64,000 nt of DNA from Macrostomum lignano (lineage: Eukaryota): the NCBI GenBank assembly GCA_002269645.1, contig NIVC01002115.1, forward strand, positions 1 through 64,000, read 5' to 3'. The notes beneath the pieces are model-generated. The model made no database searches and was not told where the DNA came from. It saw nothing but the letters and a program-made list of their open reading frames with translations. The first letter of the stretch is position 1. Each line of letters begins with the position of its first letter. Both the position numbers and the translations under genes were made by a program. Positions 59,701 through 64,000 of this stretch are shown one piece after another.

Positions 59701-60194
59701 TTTTCACTTAGTACTGATCAATTTCTTAAATAATTATGAAACAAACACAAATCAAAGTCTTTTTTATTTAAAACCAAACCCGCGAACACGGGCACCCGCA
59801 GGTACCAGTATAGTTAGATTACGCGAGCGCTCATAACAGAAGTTTATAATCTAATTTATCAATCATTAATTTCGAACATAGACATATAGTAGGTGAAGTT
59901 AATATAAGCAAAACTCGTTTTGTTAGCTTAAATTAACTGCTTAAAAGCAGGACAAAAGCACGGTTCAAAGTCGTAACGCAAACGGCAAACACGGAGAAAT
60001 AAGAAAAATGCAGCAAAAACGCAGACACTGAAAAAGATGTAAAGAAGCAAAGCATTTTTTGTGTGTGCTTAAATTTTTACTCACAGGGAGGATTCCACCG
60101 ACAGATTAAGTTATAATTGGCGATGCGAGGTCAAATATTTCAACAAAATTTAAATTTTAAATAAGACTAAGTGCACCGATTTAGACGTACGCAT

Positions 60195-61105
60195 TCAGAT
60201 GAGTGATTCAGGGCGTGATTCTTTTCAGGGTGTGATTCTTTTCAGGGTGAGTGATTCGGGCGTATCGGGCGTAATTCTTTTCAGGGTGTGATTCAGAGCG
60301 TGATTCTTTTCAGGGTGTGATTCAGGGCGTGATTCTCTTCAGGATGAGTGATTCAGGGCATGATTCTCTTCAGGATGAGTGATTCTCTTTAGGGTAAGTG
60401 ATTCTCTTTAGGATGAGTGATTCTCTTCAGGGTGTGATTCAGGGCTTAATTCTCTTCATGATGAGTTATTCAGTGCATGATTCTCTTCAGGATGAGTGAT
60501 TCTCTTTAGGGTGAGTGATTCTCTTTAGGATGAGTGATTCTCTTCAGGATGAGTGATTCTCTTCAGGGTGAGTGATTCAGGGCATGATTCTCTTTAGGGT
60601 AAGTGATTCAGGGCGTGATTCTCTTCAGGGTGAGTGATTCAGGGCGTGATTCTCTTCAGGATGAGTGATTCTCTTTAGGGTGAGTGATTCTCTTTAGGAT
60701 GAGTGATTCTCTTCAGGATGAGTGATTCTCTTTAGGGTGAGTGATTCTCTTTAGGATGAGTGATTCTCTTCAGGATGAGTGATTCTCTTTAGGGTGAGTG
60801 ATTCAGGGCATGATTCTCTTTAGGGTGAGTGATTCTCTTCAGGGTGAGTGATTCAGGGCATGATTCTCTTTAGGATGAGTGATTCTCTTCAGGGTGAGTG
60901 ATTCTCTTCAGGATGTGATTCTCTTCAGAATGAGTGATTTTCTTCAGGGTGAGTGATTCTCTTCAGGGTGAGTGATTCTCTTCAGGGGAGTGATTCAGGG
61001 CGTGATTCTCTTCAGGGTGTGATTCAGGGCGTGATTCTCTCTTCAGGATGAGTGATTTTCTTTAGGGTGAGTGATTCAGGGCGTGTTTCTTGTCAGGGTG
61101 AGTGA
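60195..61105. repeat. About 19-bp GAGTGATTCTCTTCAGGAT array
   Basis: Tandem variant units. Confidence 0.95.
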
Positions 61106-61164
61106 TTCAGGGCCAGTGAGTCCGATCCAAGACACAGCTATGCCAGTCAGCGGAGAGTTTATAC

Positions 61165-62095
61165 TCACAAAAACAGATTTAAAACATCAAACTCTGAGGC
61201 CTGGTCGCTACCAGTTTTGGTCGACGCTTCATCATAGGCTACAGACGCCGCCGCCGGAGAAGTAGCAGCACCGACACCGACTCCGCGGCGTTGTCGATTG
61301 TCCTCAAGGTAGCCTCGCAGCCGATGTCGACGACTATGCCTACGAGACGAAAAGCTGACGTCGGAAGGGGACGCGGCGGCGGCTGCTGTTGTAGCGACCA
61401 CGTCGAGAAAACGTGACATAACGTAACTGTCGTCCACCGAGCCTAAGCCAGGCGGCAGCAACTTTGAAGATGTCGGATTTTGTCGTCGACTTTGCATCAC
61501 GGATTCTAGCCGATGCCGCAGCGACAGCACGGATCGACCGGCGGTGCTGCTAATGCTGGCTGTCTCTGTTTTGTCGTTGAAATTAGTGGGCGCCGGCTCC
61601 GATGACCGGTCAGAAGTCTCCAATTCTGATTTATTGTTATTGTTATTACGAATATCGACCTCGTTTTGATCGACTGACTCGACATCGGATTCTGAGTCGG
61701 GCAGAGCGGCAGCGGCTACTGGACCCGGCTGTCGCTCATACAGGATGCACAATATCTTGGAGTTCGTAGTTGTCGTTGGCGGTGTCGCATCTTCGGCGTA
61801 GCTGGCAAACCGACTCTCTGATGACATGGCCATCCAGCGCTCGCCTGCGAGTAGTTTGTTAGAGGATTTGCGATTTATCGGTTTTTTATTCCAACTAACT
61901 AGCATTAAACAAGCGATCTGCAATCAACTGCAAAAGAACTAAATTTAATGATTGTTTTTTAAAGTACTTTTCATGTATGTGTATTATTCAATAATTTTAT
62001 CAAGCGTAATGCACATTCGTTATTATAGACTAAACTGACATCTATCTATCTATCTATTTACCTAACTATCTATCTATGTCTATCTATCTGTCTAT

Positions 62096-62166
<71 letters not shown>

Positions 62167-62195
62167 CCTACCTACCTATCTATTTATCTATCTAC

Positions 62196-62234
<39 letters not shown>

Positions 62235-62263
62235 CCTACCTATCTATCTATTTATCTATCTAC

Positions 62264-62294
<31 letters not shown>

Positions 62295-62299
62295 CCTAC

Positions 62300-62346
<47 letters not shown>

Positions 62347-62375
62347 CCTACCTATCTATCTATTTATCTATCTAC

Positions 62376-62427
<52 letters not shown>

Positions 62428-62507
62428 TTATCTATCTACCTATCTATTTATCTATCTATCTACCTATCTATCTATTTATCTATCTACTTATCTATCTATC
62501 TATCTAA

Positions 62508-62543
<36 letters not shown>

Positions 62544-63120
62544 TTATCTATCAACCTAAATCTTACCAAATCGCACTTACCCGAATACATTACCAAAAAC
62601 TCCAGCTCCTGATACAAAACCCTTGTCAAGCCAGCAGGAGTTGACAGAAAAAGTTTGATTAACAAAGCAAAACTTACTAGAACGCGCCGATTCACTTTTG
62701 TTCCTCATTTTCCTGTTCCCAACAACAGACAGGCAGTTAGGAGGCTGAGACTCACTGTCAGAATTGAACAGCCAGGCAATGTAGTCGAAGCAATCCGCTC
62801 CATCCTCGGCAACAGGCTTCGATCGTCTCCTTTGCTCAATCATCGCCGTAGGCAGGTACTCGACTCCCGGGGCTGTGCTCAATGAAGTTGAGTGCAATAA
62901 ACCGCATGATGGCTTCGAGCCAGCAGCAGCAGCAGCAGCAGACGGAACACCCTCAGGCGATTCCACCAACAGAGCTGGCGGACTGGATTCCCAAGATATT
63001 AAAACGCGTTGATTCTCGGCGCCGCAGCTGCCGCAGGGACGCAGTAGGACTCGCTTCATCGGCTGATTCAAGTCGAAATCGTTGGCTGGATTTGTGAGGC
63101 GCAGGACTGAACAGCGGCTC
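61165..63120 (-). CDS. 3' exons of an unidentified gene (5' part beyond the right edge of the window)
   Basis: Exon 62581..63120 (540 nt) is open throughout, with acceptor ccgcag and donor gtaagt, phase 2-2. A GC-rich open frame runs 61165..61844. Which acceptor and frame the last exon uses is unresolved (see findings). Confidence 0.55.
62040..62555. repeat. (CTAT)n microsatellite with CTAC/TTAT variants
   Basis: Fills most of the intron 61845-62580. Confidence 0.97.
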
Positions 63121-63244
63121 CTGCGGATCAGGTGGGGTGGGTGGGTGGGTAGGCACTTGGGTTAGCTTTATGGTCGCGTGTGACTGAGGAGGCACTGTCT
63201 AATTTATCTTCCTTGTGTTCTGCCTGCTCCCTCATACTAGTCTG

Positions 63245-64000
63245 CCCACTCTACCCCACCCAACCTACTCACTCTACCCAACCCAACCTACTTACTCTAC
63301 CCAACCCAACCTACTCACTCTACCCCACCCAACCTACTCACTCTACCCCACCCAACCTACTCACTCTACCCCACCCAACCTACTCACTCTACCCCACCCA
63401 ACCTACTCACTCTACCCCACCCAACCTACTCACTCTACCCCACCCAACCTACTCACTCTACCCCACCCAACCTACTCACTCTACCCCACCCAACCTACTC
63501 ACTCTACCCCACACAACCTACTCACTCTACCCCACCCAACCTACTCACTCTACCCCACCCAACCTACTCACTCTACCCCACCCAACCTACTCACTCTATC
63601 CCACCCAACCTACTCACTCTACCCCACCCAACCTACTCACTCTACCCCACCCAACCTACTCACTCTATCCCACCCAACCTACTCACTCTACCCCACCCAA
63701 CCTACTCACTCTACCCCACCCAACCTACTCACTCTACCCCACCCAACCTACTCACTCTACCCCACCCAACCTACTCACTCTACCCACCCAACCTACTCAC
63801 TCTACCCCACCCAACCTACTCACTCTACCCACCCAACCTACTCACTCTACCCACCCAACCTACTCACTCTACCCACCCAACCTACTCACTCTACCCCACC
63901 CAACCTACTCACTCTACCCCACACAACCTACTCACTCTACCCCACCCAACCTACTCACTCTTCCCCACCCAACCTACTCACTCAGTCCACTCCCACCCCA
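63245..64000. repeat. 23-bp CTACTCACTCTACCCCACCCAAC array
   Basis: About 32 units, running to the window edge. Confidence 0.98.

Overview
Eukaryotic (metazoan) genomic DNA. GC-rich, poly-Ala/Gln-laden exons are separated by introns made largely of tandem repeats. The style suggests a free-living flatworm such as Macrostomum, but this is an inference, not a match. I rebuilt six intron-containing gene models by hand from GT-AG sites and reading phase. (1) RREB1/hindsight-like zinc-finger paralog A, minus strand, 3' end probably off-window. (2) AHI1/jouberin, 9 exons, about 1188 aa. (3) Asterix/WDR83OS, 2 exons, 104 aa. (4) An orphan class-A GPCR, 2 exons, about 391 aa. (5) RREB1-like paralog B, plus strand, 5 exons, about 826 aa. 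(6) The 3' exons of an unidentified minus-strand gene. About 37 distinct micro- and minisatellite arrays cover roughly 29 kb (about 45%, hand estimate) and sit in essentially every intron; most long ORFs in the supplied track are artefacts of these arrays. There is also a tRNA-derived SINE inserted into an array, a hAT-type MITE with an 8-bp TSD, a hairpin MITE and other SINE remnants. Points most worth follow-up: the intron-filling arrays, including repeat families re-used at distant loci; two divergently oriented RREB1 paralogs with identical intron phases and a putative NuRD-recruiting RRKQ motif; and a very tight Asterix-AHI1 junction that may be operon-like. No CRISPR, rRNA or intact tRNA was found.
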